Source: a virus. From it: a stretch of 64,000 nucleotides of DNA. Shown in pieces: positions 20,196-28,072 of this stretch (position 1 is the first letter of the stretch; the number at the start of each line of letters is the position of its first letter). Made by a program: the position numbers and the translations under genes. Location: the IMG/VR virus record IMGVR_UViG_3300025687_000024, positions 32,001 through 96,000 of that record; one strand, written 5' to 3'. The notes beneath the pieces were generated by a model that saw nothing but the letters and a program-made list of their open reading frames with translations, was not told the origin of the DNA and did no database searches.

Positions 20196-21548
20196 CTATC
20201 CTCCAGTCGGCCGGCGAGGGGGCTTGAAGCTGCTCAGGTCCACCTTCGTGGGAATGTCCCCAGCGGGGGCGGCCCCTGTGCGCTTCTTGCTCTGCTCGGC
20301 AGACGTTTCGTTGGCGTTGTACTCTTCGACCCACGAGGTGTTGTCGGCTACGGCCTGGCCGAAGCCGTCACACAGGCGAGCGCTGATGGTGAGGGAGATC
20401 TCCTCGTTCATGCCACGAGCGGCGTTGGGGATGAGGGCGAGGAGGTCCTGTTGCTTGTTGCAGATGATGCGCAGCGCGAGGTCCACCTTGCGGGCGATGT
20501 GGTCCGACCAGGCGTGCTCCACCGAGCTGCGCCCACGGGTCTTGTCCCCTTCCCGGTTGGCGTGCCCGCAGATGATAGCCGGCAGCTTCGCCTTGGAGAT
20601 CAGGTAGGCCTTGAGCATGTCGATGGTGCGCGCCACGTAGACGTGCTCGCGTGCGTTGGACTTCTCGGCCATCGCATCGTCGGCCATCGCCTTCCAGTAG
20701 TCGTGGATGATGATGTGCGGCTTGACGTCCTCGACCTTGCCCTTGAACCCGCTCAGCCCACCTTCGACATCGGTGAAGATGAGCTTGCCTCGCGTCCGGA
20801 GGTCGCGGAGGAGCTGCTCTATGCGCTGCATCCCAGCGGGCGAGACGTCTCCCTTGAGCAGGCGCCCGTAGTCGAACTGCCCTCGGATAGCGATGACACG
20901 CCACTCCAGCTCTTCGGCGGTCATCTCCCGCGTGAAGAAGAGCACACGGAGGCCGAGAGCCTCATAGAACAGGGCGAGGAACAGCAGGAGGAAGGTCTTC
21001 CGGGTCTTGTGTCTCCCGTAGATGTAGATGAGGTTGCCAGGACAGAGCCCGGCCGAGTTGTTGTTGAACAGGTCCCAGGGCCAGGGGTAGCCCAGGAGGC
21101 CTTGCCCGGTCTGGAGACGCTCGAGCTTCTTGAAGATGGCGTCCGGATCGGACCCGACCACGAGGTCCGTGCGTCCCCGTTGGTTGAGTAGGTTGATCCG
21201 ATCGGCAGCGTCCACCAGGAACTTCTTGGCTGCCCAGGGATCGCCTACGTTGACCTCTGCCGTGCGGTGCAGAGCGTCGTCGATCTCGGAGCCGAGCTTG
21301 TAGGTCTGGAGCTCAGCGATGATGGCCGAGAGGCCGTCGGACGGGGTGTGGTGCTGGTAGGTGGGGCAGAGTCCCTGGAAGTAGGGGACGGACGGCACTT
21401 CGTGGTGGTTCTCGTAGTGCTCGGTGATCACGTCCCAGAACAGCTTGGCTTCGTCGCCGAGCAGCGAGGGATGCGCCCCCGCTTTCAGCGCCTCCGCCAA
21501 GTCTCTACTTTCCAGCACTGCTGCGACCAGCGCCAGATCGAGGTTCAT
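20196..21548 (-). CDS. dnaB: Replicative DnaB-like helicase
   Basis: Walker A-like GRHKTRKT, FFTREM, IIIHDY, HANR, SDHIARKVD. Adjacent to primase. Confidence 0.8.
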   Translation of the reverse strand: MNLDLALVAAVLESRDLAEALKAGAHPSLLGDEAKLFWDVITEHYENHHEVPSVPYFQGLCPTYQHHTPSDGLSAIIAELQTYKLGSEIDDALHRTAEVNVGDPWAAKKFLVDAADRINLLNQRGRTDLVVGSDPDAIFKKLERLQTGQGLLGYPWPWDLFNNNSAGLCPGNLIYIYGRHKTRKTFLLLFLALFYEALGLRVLFFTREMTAEELEWRVIAIRGQFDYGRLLKGDVSPAGMQRIEQLLRDLRTRGKLIFTDVEGGLSGFKGKVEDVKPHIIIHDYWKAMADDAMAEKSNAREHVYVARTIDMLKAYLISKAKLPAIICGHANREGDKTRGRSSVEHAWSDHIARKVDLALRIICNKQQDLLALIPNAARGMNEEISLTISARLCDGFGQAVADNTSWVEEYNANETSAEQSKKRTGAAPAGDIPTKVDLSSFKPPRRPTGG

Positions 21549-21630
21549 GCCTCCTCCGCGTACTGGACCCTCCCTGCTCTGCGCCGCAGGGGGTCCGCTG
21601 CTTCAGGTGAAGTGAGTGCGCAGCTCGCTG

Positions 21631-21659
21631 ACTCTAGAGGGCTGGGAGGAGACCGTCAA
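21631..21659 (-). promoter_or_regulatory. sigma70-like promoter upstream of the helicase gene
   Basis: TTGACG-N17-TAGAGT on the minus strand in an intergenic gap. Confidence 0.55.
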
Positions 21660-21661
21660 CC

Positions 21662-21976
21662 CTATCCCGCAAAGGAGAGCCCCCCGCTGGGCTGCGGCGG
21701 TTCATCGAAGGGGTCGTCGTCGAGGGGCCGGTGGGCCGGCGGCGGGGTGTGCCGCGTCAGGTGTGCGGCCACGTCGTCCTCGATGGACTCCTTGAGGGCG
21801 TGCAGGATCTGCAGGGACCGCTCGCTCCATGCCCCGTAGGTGAGGAAGGAGACGGTGTTGCCGTTTGGGTCCATGAAGGACATCTTGGCGAGGGGGTTGA
21901 GCCCGCCGATGAAGCGAACGCGAAGCTCGCCCACCACGACGTGCGCGATGTCGTTGTTGGGGGGAATCTGGGCCAT
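21662..21976 (-). CDS. Hypothetical protein (104 aa, MAQIPPNND...)
   Basis: GGAGG RBS. The start lies inside the longer track ORF. Confidence 0.6.
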   Translation of the reverse strand: MAQIPPNNDIAHVVVGELRVRFIGGLNPLAKMSFMDPNGNTVSFLTYGAWSERSLQILHALKESIEDDVAAHLTRHTPPPAHRPLDDDPFDEPPQPSGGLSFAG

Positions 21977-21977
21977 G

Positions 21978-22346
21978 TCAGCCTCCGCTGGAAGCGATGT
22001 CCGGGAAGAACTCGGCGACGATCTCGTCGCGCCGAGCGTGCAGCTCCGACTTGACGAAGTCCACGCAGTCTTGAAGGGCCGCGCGCTTCTCTGGCTCGGT
22101 AATCCCGCAAGGGACCGTGCACCAGGCCGTGACCTCGACCTTCTCTCGGGAGAACTCGGTCGAGGTGCCGATAGCGATGGAGATGCCGACGCTGGCAGGG
22201 TGCGGGGGGAGCGCCTTTCGCGGGTCGAGCGGAGGCGCCTCGGTCGGGCGAGCGATCTGGTGAGGAGGGGAGCCCGGGCGCCGGGCCGTGGCCACGGAGC
22301 CGCGCTTGCCCGAGTCGGGCGGGCGGCGGAACGGAGAGTCACTCAT
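21978..22346 (-). CDS. Hypothetical protein
   Basis: Tiles the operon with short overlaps. Confidence 0.55.
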   Translation of the reverse strand: MSDSPFRRPPDSGKRGSVATARRPGSPPHQIARPTEAPPLDPRKALPPHPASVGISIAIGTSTEFSREKVEVTAWCTVPCGITEPEKRAALQDCVDFVKSELHARRDEIVAEFFPDIASSGG

Positions 22347-22905
22347 CGGAGAGCTCCTTGATACGGATCTGAGGGTGCTTGCGGCGCGAGGTGCGCTTGA
22401 AGGGGGCGACGACGTCTTCCGTCAGGTCGCCCTGGGCCACGAGGCGGTCCACCAGGTCGGCGTCGATGACCTGGCGCACTACGGGGTCGCCGTCCACCTC
22501 GAGCGTGCGCAGCTCGGGGCACTGGACGAGCAGGCCGTCCGAGTAGGAGCTGTCCACCTGGATGCGCGACGAGGTGACCTGCCACGGGGTGTTGTCAGCC
22601 TCGAGGCGGAGGCCTGCGGCCAGGTCGGTGTCCGGGAGGGCGCGGATGTTCTCCTTGATGCGCTCTTCGGTGGCTGCGATCTCTTCGGTCACGGTGTCGA
22701 GGTCCTGGTAGGTGTCCAGTTCCTGCTCGCGCAGAAGGAGCTGCTCTTGAGCGATCTGGCCCTCGAGCAGGGAGATGTGATCGCGGAGCTCGCGCACCTT
22801 CGCCGCTCTGGCGTTGTCCTCCAGGTACTCCTCGATGTCGCGCCGTCTGCGGTGCAGCTTGGCGAGGGCCTGTAGGTCGTGTTCGATGGAAGTGGTGTCC
22901 GGCAC
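22339..22905 (-). CDS. Coiled-coil hypothetical protein
   Basis: GAGGAG RBS, heptad-rich N-terminal half. Confidence 0.6.
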   Translation of the reverse strand: MPDTTSIEHDLQALAKLHRRRRDIEEYLEDNARAAKVRELRDHISLLEGQIAQEQLLLREQELDTYQDLDTVTEEIAATEERIKENIRALPDTDLAAGLRLEADNTPWQVTSSRIQVDSSYSDGLLVQCPELRTLEVDGDPVVRQVIDADLVDRLVAQGDLTEDVVAPFKRTSRRKHPQIRIKELSDE

Positions 22906-22906
22906 G

Positions 22907-23617
22907 TCACTCTCCTCGGGTGGGCAGGGTGGCCCCGGTGTAGATGTGGTGGTACATGTCGGCGGTCTGGAACGCCTTGAGCCAGGTACGGAAGGCGTGG
23001 TGGCGGTCGCTCCCGTGCTCCATGGCAGCGTTCTCGGGGCGCAGCAGGTACTGCATGGGGAAGCTCACGTAGGCCGTGCGCTTCACGAGCGTGCATTGGC
23101 CCTGCGTGTAGGCGTCGTAGGTGGGTACCGTCGGGTTGCGCGCCATGGAGGTGACGCTGGGGCGCACCTTGAGGAGCGCCTTGATGGCCGTGTTCCCGAG
23201 CACCAGGAGGACGTAGGGGTCGATGATCTCGATGACCCGGTGCAGCCGTGCCTGGCAGGCCTGCACCTCTTCCTTGGCCGCGGGCCTGTGCCGCAGGTAG
23301 CCGTCGTCCTCTGCGCGGGTGGCGCGGCAGCCTACGGCCTTGAGCAGGAACACCTCCGCTCGGCTGGAGTGCACGCCGGCGAGGTAGCTGTCGAGCAGGG
23401 CACCGTCGTTCCCGCTGAAGATCTTGCCCGAGGCGTCCTCGTGCTCGTCGGGAGCCTCGTCGATGATGACGACCTTCGCATCGGGGTTGCCGCTGCCGAA
23501 GACCATGTGACGTCGGTCGCGGCCTTCCGGGTGGGCCAGTGCGCACAGCTCGCAGGCAGCGTACTCTTCCCAGAGGGCCATGAGGAGGTCTTGCTTCTCC
23601 TGGGTGGGCATGGTCAT
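22907..23617 (-). CDS. Uracil-DNA glycosylase family 4-like protein, degenerate active site
   Basis: CELC.L...R..VFGSGNPDAKVVII(D)EAP..ED.SG..F.G, CR...C. Start set at the ATGA overlap at 23617. Confidence 0.75.
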   Translation of the reverse strand: MTMPTQEKQDLLMALWEEYAACELCALAHPEGRDRRHMVFGSGNPDAKVVIIDEAPDEHEDASGKIFSGNDGALLDSYLAGVHSSRAEVFLLKAVGCRATRAEDDGYLRHRPAAKEEVQACQARLHRVIEIIDPYVLLVLGNTAIKALLKVRPSVTSMARNPTVPTYDAYTQGQCTLVKRTAYVSFPMQYLLRPENAAMEHGSDRHHAFRTWLKAFQTADMYHHIYTGATLPTRGE

Positions 23618-24972
23618 ACTGCGGGTCTCTCCTGAACAGCGTAGGGGTACTGGAAGCCGGCGAGGTGGTGCATGAGCTTGTTGCACATGTTTCGCGCGGA
23701 TGGGATCAAGTTGTCGTAGATGACCACGACGACAGGCGGCTTCTTCCCGGCGCATTTGCGCTGGATGCGCCCGATGATCTGGCGGAGGCGTCCTTCGTCT
23801 ACGAAGGGCATGCAGATGAAGATGGTGTCGAGGTCCTTGCGGTCGAGACCTTCCTTGGCCAGCGGTGTCGTAGCGAAGACGAGGTCGTAGCTCTGCAGGA
23901 TCTCTTCCCGGGCCTCTCCCTTCACGCCGCCGTAGATGAGCCCGTGTGGGGTGGGCCACTGGAAGGACGCCATGAACTTCAGGTGGTTGACCCGCTCCGA
24001 GAGCACGAGGGGCTTGCGCCCGTCCTGCACAGCGCCCCAGAGCATGTTGCAGATGATGTCGTTGCGCTCGTCGCAGTCGGCCAACCAGTTGTAGAGCTTG
24101 GCCAGGTTCGCCCCAGAGGACGTAGACATCGACGCCAGGTCTTCCTTCGTAGGGTTGATGTCCGTCTTCACGAAGAAGACTTCCGGTACGATGTCTGCTT
24201 GCATGCTCTCGAACAGCACCCCGCCGATGTGCGCCATGTAGAGCCGGTCGAGGCCATCGGCCCGCAGCGGCGTCCCGGACAGTCCCCAACGAACACCTCC
24301 GCAGAGGGGAGCCGTCGTGTTGAACCAGGGCGCTCCCAGGTGGTGCACCTCGTCGTAGACCGCGATCCCGAAGTGGTTCCGCATCTCGACGGGGAGGTCA
24401 TCGTACTTGGCTGCGAGGGTCTGAATCATGGCCAGGGTGACAGGCTTCTCCCAGTCCATGGTCGTCCCCTGGACGATGCCGATGTCCTCGCGCTCCAAGG
24501 ATGCGTGCTCCGTCAGGCGAGTGATCCACTGGTAGAGCAGGTCCTTGGTATGAACGACCACGAGCGCAGGCATGCCGAGCGCGGCCATGGCGTGAATGGC
24601 GACGACCGTCTTGCCCTTGCCTGGCAGCAAGGCGAGCACACCGTCCCCCTCGTCCACCATCGAGGCGTAGCCCATGCGCTGAATGGGCCCGCGGAGATCG
24701 TAGGTCAGGGGGCCGATCTCCACCTGGGGGAACCTCTTGGGCCGGATATCCACGATCTCGAAGTCGTACTGGTCCTCATCGCTGGGCGGGATGAATGCAC
24801 GAGGCACCACGAGGTGCGTGCTGGTGGTTCCCCAGGCACACACAGGCGCCTTGTCGGAGAGCGGGAAGGTCAGGGAGGCTTGGATACCCGCTCGGTTGGG
24901 TACGTGCTCCAGGGGCAGCCAGAGGTAGTCCCCTCGGTAGCCCTTGCGCGGGTCCATGCGGCGGTACTTCAT
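23614..24972 (-). CDS. Superfamily 2 (DExH) helicase, UvsW/XPB-like
   Basis: PGKGKT, DEVHH, LSGTP.R.DG, EGLD, QIIGRIQR. Confidence 0.9.
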   Translation of the reverse strand: MKYRRMDPRKGYRGDYLWLPLEHVPNRAGIQASLTFPLSDKAPVCAWGTTSTHLVVPRAFIPPSDEDQYDFEIVDIRPKRFPQVEIGPLTYDLRGPIQRMGYASMVDEGDGVLALLPGKGKTVVAIHAMAALGMPALVVVHTKDLLYQWITRLTEHASLEREDIGIVQGTTMDWEKPVTLAMIQTLAAKYDDLPVEMRNHFGIAVYDEVHHLGAPWFNTTAPLCGGVRWGLSGTPLRADGLDRLYMAHIGGVLFESMQADIVPEVFFVKTDINPTKEDLASMSTSSGANLAKLYNWLADCDERNDIICNMLWGAVQDGRKPLVLSERVNHLKFMASFQWPTPHGLIYGGVKGEAREEILQSYDLVFATTPLAKEGLDRKDLDTIFICMPFVDEGRLRQIIGRIQRKCAGKKPPVVVVIYDNLIPSARNMCNKLMHHLAGFQYPYAVQERPAV

Positions 24973-25370
24973 GGGCGACTCACTGCGGCGGTCAGCTTCT
25001 GCTCGAGGGCCTCCCGTAGCGCCTTGCGCTCCCGGGCGTCCAGCTGCAGGCGCAGGACGTTCTCGGCTTCGACGGCAGCCAGGGCTGCGATGTCTCTGAG
25101 CAGAACATCTGGGTGTGGAGAGAGGGTGACGTGGGCACGCACCTCGGGGTCGAGCTGGTGCTCGGCGAGGAGGCGCCAGGCGACCAAGCGCCTGTCGGGC
25201 GGAACCTCGAGGGCGTTGAGCAAGTACTCCAGCAGCTCCCCCGACGGGTAGGACGTTCCGAGGAAGATGCGGCGAATGTGCTCCGGGGACACGCCGACCC
25301 CGGCCGCTACTTCATGCTGGGCTATCCACGGGGCCTTGGCTGCCGCCAGTAGCTTCCCCAGGGACATCAT
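24969..25370 (-). CDS. XRE-type helix-turn-helix protein
   Basis: QHEVAAGVGVSPEHIRRIFLGTSYPS. ATGA overlap start at 25370. Confidence 0.65.
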   Translation of the reverse strand: MMSLGKLLAAAKAPWIAQHEVAAGVGVSPEHIRRIFLGTSYPSGELLEYLLNALEVPPDRRLVAWRLLAEHQLDPEVRAHVTLSPHPDVLLRDIAALAAVEAENVLRLQLDARERKALREALEQKLTAAVSRP

Positions 25371-25828
25371 GACGTGCCCTGGTGGTACTTGGAGCCGAAG
25401 CGCCGACGTGTGAAGAAGTAGGCGACCTCGGCGGCGATCGCCTGCACCCCGGCTTCGACCATGCGTAGGCCGAGGTCCTTCATGATGTCCCAGAACGAGG
25501 GGCGTTTCCACTTGCGCACTTCCCCCGGCTTCTGGGCGGCGACGGGAGCGTAGGCGGAGGGGCGGTCACCGTCGGCTTGACGGGGCGGCGTGGCGGCCGG
25601 CGGCGGGGCGGGGGCGACGTTGGTGCGGACGGTAGGCTGGCGGAGGGTCTGGGTGGTAGTTCTCACGGGAGCCTGCACGGGTGCTGGTGTGGGAGCGGCG
25701 GGAGCAGCTCGCGGGGGACGAAAAGGACTGCTGGAGCTTCCCTGGAAGGAGAACTGCTCTTGCGGAGGGGGCTGCGCCGCCGTGTTACCCCGGCGGAGCT
25801 GCTGGTAGAGCCTGTCGTTCGGTGGCAA
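25367..25828 (-). CDS. Pro/Gln-rich hypothetical protein, first gene of the leftward block
   Basis: TTG start with an AGGAGGAG RBS 6 nt upstream. C-terminal amphipathic helix. Confidence 0.55.
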   Translation of the reverse strand: MPPNDRLYQQLRRGNTAAQPPPQEQFSFQGSSSSPFRPPRAAPAAPTPAPVQAPVRTTTQTLRQPTVRTNVAPAPPPAATPPRQADGDRPSAYAPVAAQKPGEVRKWKRPSFWDIMKDLGLRMVEAGVQAIAAEVAYFFTRRRFGSKYHQGTS

Positions 25829-25871
25829 CGGGGGCTCCTCCTGTGCTAATGGTGTTGATGCGACCAGTCTC

Positions 25872-25896
25872 CTTATGCGCGATATTCGGCATCCTG
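25872..25896 (-). promoter_or_regulatory. Candidate phage promoter (GCATAAGG)
   Basis: One of five ATAAG sites upstream of minus-strand genes. This copy lacks the upstream A-tract. Confidence 0.5.
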
Positions 25897-25919
25897 TGCC
25901 CCCAGCCGAGAGAGTACCC

Positions 25920-27017
25920 ATGGACCTTCGGACCCAGGTGATCGACTTCTACGACGACCGAGAAGGTCGGATCCTCCAAGGCTTCGTTCCTGACCCCTCG
26001 GACCTCCCGCCGCTGGTCAAGACTGCTGCGGTCCTGGCGGAGAGCGCGCACAACAACCAGTACGCCTTGGTGATGAGCGATCAGCAGGGCACGCTGAGGC
26101 GTTTCCCCACCAACGACGTGGGGAACACCTGGTTGTCGGCGCTCTACTTCCACGCCACCCATGACGTGCTGCCGGAAGAGGCGGAGAAGGTCGCGGCGGC
26201 CAACCTCCTGCTCGCCTGCAATCACTTCCAGATCGACCCCCCGCAGAGCTTGGTGGAGGCAGCCTCGAGGCACGACGGACCCCCCACGACCAACCTGGTC
26301 GACATCACGGGTCAGCGTCGCGAGATCATCAAGGAGGCCGAGGCTCTTCCCGAGGACGACGTCGTCTACGCCCTCGAGGACGAGAAGCGATACCCCCTGG
26401 CCAGCGCGCAGGACGCCCGCACCGCTATGACCTACCTGGACAGGCACCTGCGGGGCTTTGCCCCCGGCCAGCGACGCGAGTTCGCCACCAAGGTCGCCAG
26501 TGTGGCCGAGCGTGCAGGGCTCCCAGTGGAGGGGGCGGTCGCGCAGTACGCGGGCAACGACTACTCCCCCGGGCTGCAGGGACACCTCACCGCCCGCGCC
26601 GCGTACCTGGTGGACATCGGGGCCACGCCCAAGGTGCGCGCCGAGTTGACCAAGGTCGCGGCCCAGCGCACCGCGCTCCCGCCCGACGAGTTCGCCGCGG
26701 CGCTGCAGACCTTCGATGAGAGCCACGGGCTGGATCGTCTGTGGGACCAGGGCATCGCGGATCCCTACTACTCCACCTTCGGGTGGACGGTGAAGACCGC
26801 TGCCGACAAGGCGCGCTACGAGGCGGGCATCCTCTCCGTGTCCGAGGATGAGCTCCGCTCGCTGGCGGAGTACGGGCGCAAGGTGCTGGTCGAGCGCTTC
26901 GGAGAGAAGCTCGCCAACGCCTTCTGCAAGAACCCGGTCGCCATCTTCACGTCCATGCCGCTCCCGCAGCGGCAGATCCTGGCCAACATGGCCTCCAGCG
27001 TCACCGACTTGCAGTAG
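25920..27017 (+). CDS. Head-associated protein with multiple K-x-A-[AS] sites
   Basis: RFPT and YPLASAQDARTA repeats. VKTAA, EKVAA, TKVAS, TKVAA, VKTAA. Confidence 0.6.
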   Translation: MDLRTQVIDFYDDREGRILQGFVPDPSDLPPLVKTAAVLAESAHNNQYALVMSDQQGTLRRFPTNDVGNTWLSALYFHATHDVLPEEAEKVAAANLLLACNHFQIDPPQSLVEAASRHDGPPTTNLVDITGQRREIIKEAEALPEDDVVYALEDEKRYPLASAQDARTAMTYLDRHLRGFAPGQRREFATKVASVAERAGLPVEGAVAQYAGNDYSPGLQGHLTARAAYLVDIGATPKVRAELTKVAAQRTALPPDEFAAALQTFDESHGLDRLWDQGIADPYYSTFGWTVKTAADKARYEAGILSVSEDELRSLAEYGRKVLVERFGEKLANAFCKNPVAIFTSMPLPQRQILANMASSVTDLQ

Positions 27018-27025
27018 GAGGGCAC

Positions 27026-27700
27026 GTGAAGCCCCTCTTCCAGCCCGCGAGACCGTTCGAGGACGGGATGGGGCTTCACGTGCAGCCCCTCACAACGCTG
27101 CTTCTGCAGTTGCTCGGCCCCGAGTACATCGACTGGGACTCCGAGGCGCTCTTCCTCGAGTTGGAAGAGCGTGGAGGCGTCCCCGTGGGTGCGATGACGC
27201 AGGAGCGCATCCAGGCGGTGCGTCTGATGCACCGGCAGCCCTCGTTCTGGCACGACTGGGGAGTGTTCGAGAACGTGACGGCGGCCATCCTCGGACACGG
27301 CGCGGTCTTCAGCCACGCTCAGCCCCCCGATGCGCACGAGATCGCGATCGCGTTGGACGTGGCGCGCGTCTTGGACGCCTCGCGTGCCTACTCGGCCGAG
27401 GTGCTGCAGTACATCGTCAGTGCGCTGCTCTACGACGGCGTGTGGTACCTCGAGGAGCCTCTCGACCTTGCACAGGCGACCTTGGCGGACCACGATAGCA
27501 CCAAGGGCATCCTTCGGGACGTAGGTCAGGTGGCTGCCGTGCTACAGCGTGTTGGGAACCGCTACATCACGACGCCTTCGACAGCGGCCGAGGTGCAGGC
27601 CAACCACGTCATAGAGGTCAGGAAGGCACGAGCGGAGTACAATCAGCAGGTGCAGGCGCAGTTGCGCCAACTTCCGCAGATCCTCCAGGAGCTACGATGA
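27026..27700 (+). CDS. Hypothetical protein
   Basis: GGAGG RBS, tiles the operon. Confidence 0.6.
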   Translation: MKPLFQPARPFEDGMGLHVQPLTTLLLQLLGPEYIDWDSEALFLELEERGGVPVGAMTQERIQAVRLMHRQPSFWHDWGVFENVTAAILGHGAVFSHAQPPDAHEIAIALDVARVLDASRAYSAEVLQYIVSALLYDGVWYLEEPLDLAQATLADHDSTKGILRDVGQVAAVLQRVGNRYITTPSTAAEVQANHVIEVRKARAEYNQQVQAQLRQLPQILQELR

Positions 27701-28068
27701 GCCAGTACGACACCGTCAGGGAACAGATCATCCTCATGGCGTTCGAGGAAGAGCTCGAGAAGATCGCCGCCGGCTGGTTCACCCCCATCAAGAAGGGGCT
27801 GAAGTCGGCGGGCCACCGCATCATCTCCAAGGCGGCGCCCACGGGCAGCGGGGCGGCTACCGCTGGCATCCGCGGCCTGCGGAAGGGCGTGAAGCAGGGC
27901 AAGCGTGGCTACTGGAAGGCCGGCAAGAAGGCCAGCTTCAAGACGCGGGCGCGGGTCTTCGGAGCCAACGCCATGAACTTCGCCGCGCGGAACCCCGGTA
28001 CCGCTGCTGCGGGCGTCGGCCTGGGAGCGGTCGGTGCGGGTGCTGTGGGCGCCAAGGTCCTGAGCTAA
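27697..28068 (+). CDS. Leader-bearing cationic/amphipathic small protein (putative head cargo)
   Basis: AFEEELEKIA leader followed by 99 aa with no D/E and a C-terminal Gly-zipper. Confidence 0.65.
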   Translation: MSQYDTVREQIILMAFEEELEKIAAGWFTPIKKGLKSAGHRIISKAAPTGSGAATAGIRGLRKGVKQGKRGYWKAGKKASFKTRARVFGANAMNFAARNPGTAAAGVGLGAVGAGAVGAKVLS

Positions 28069-28072
28069 GCCT

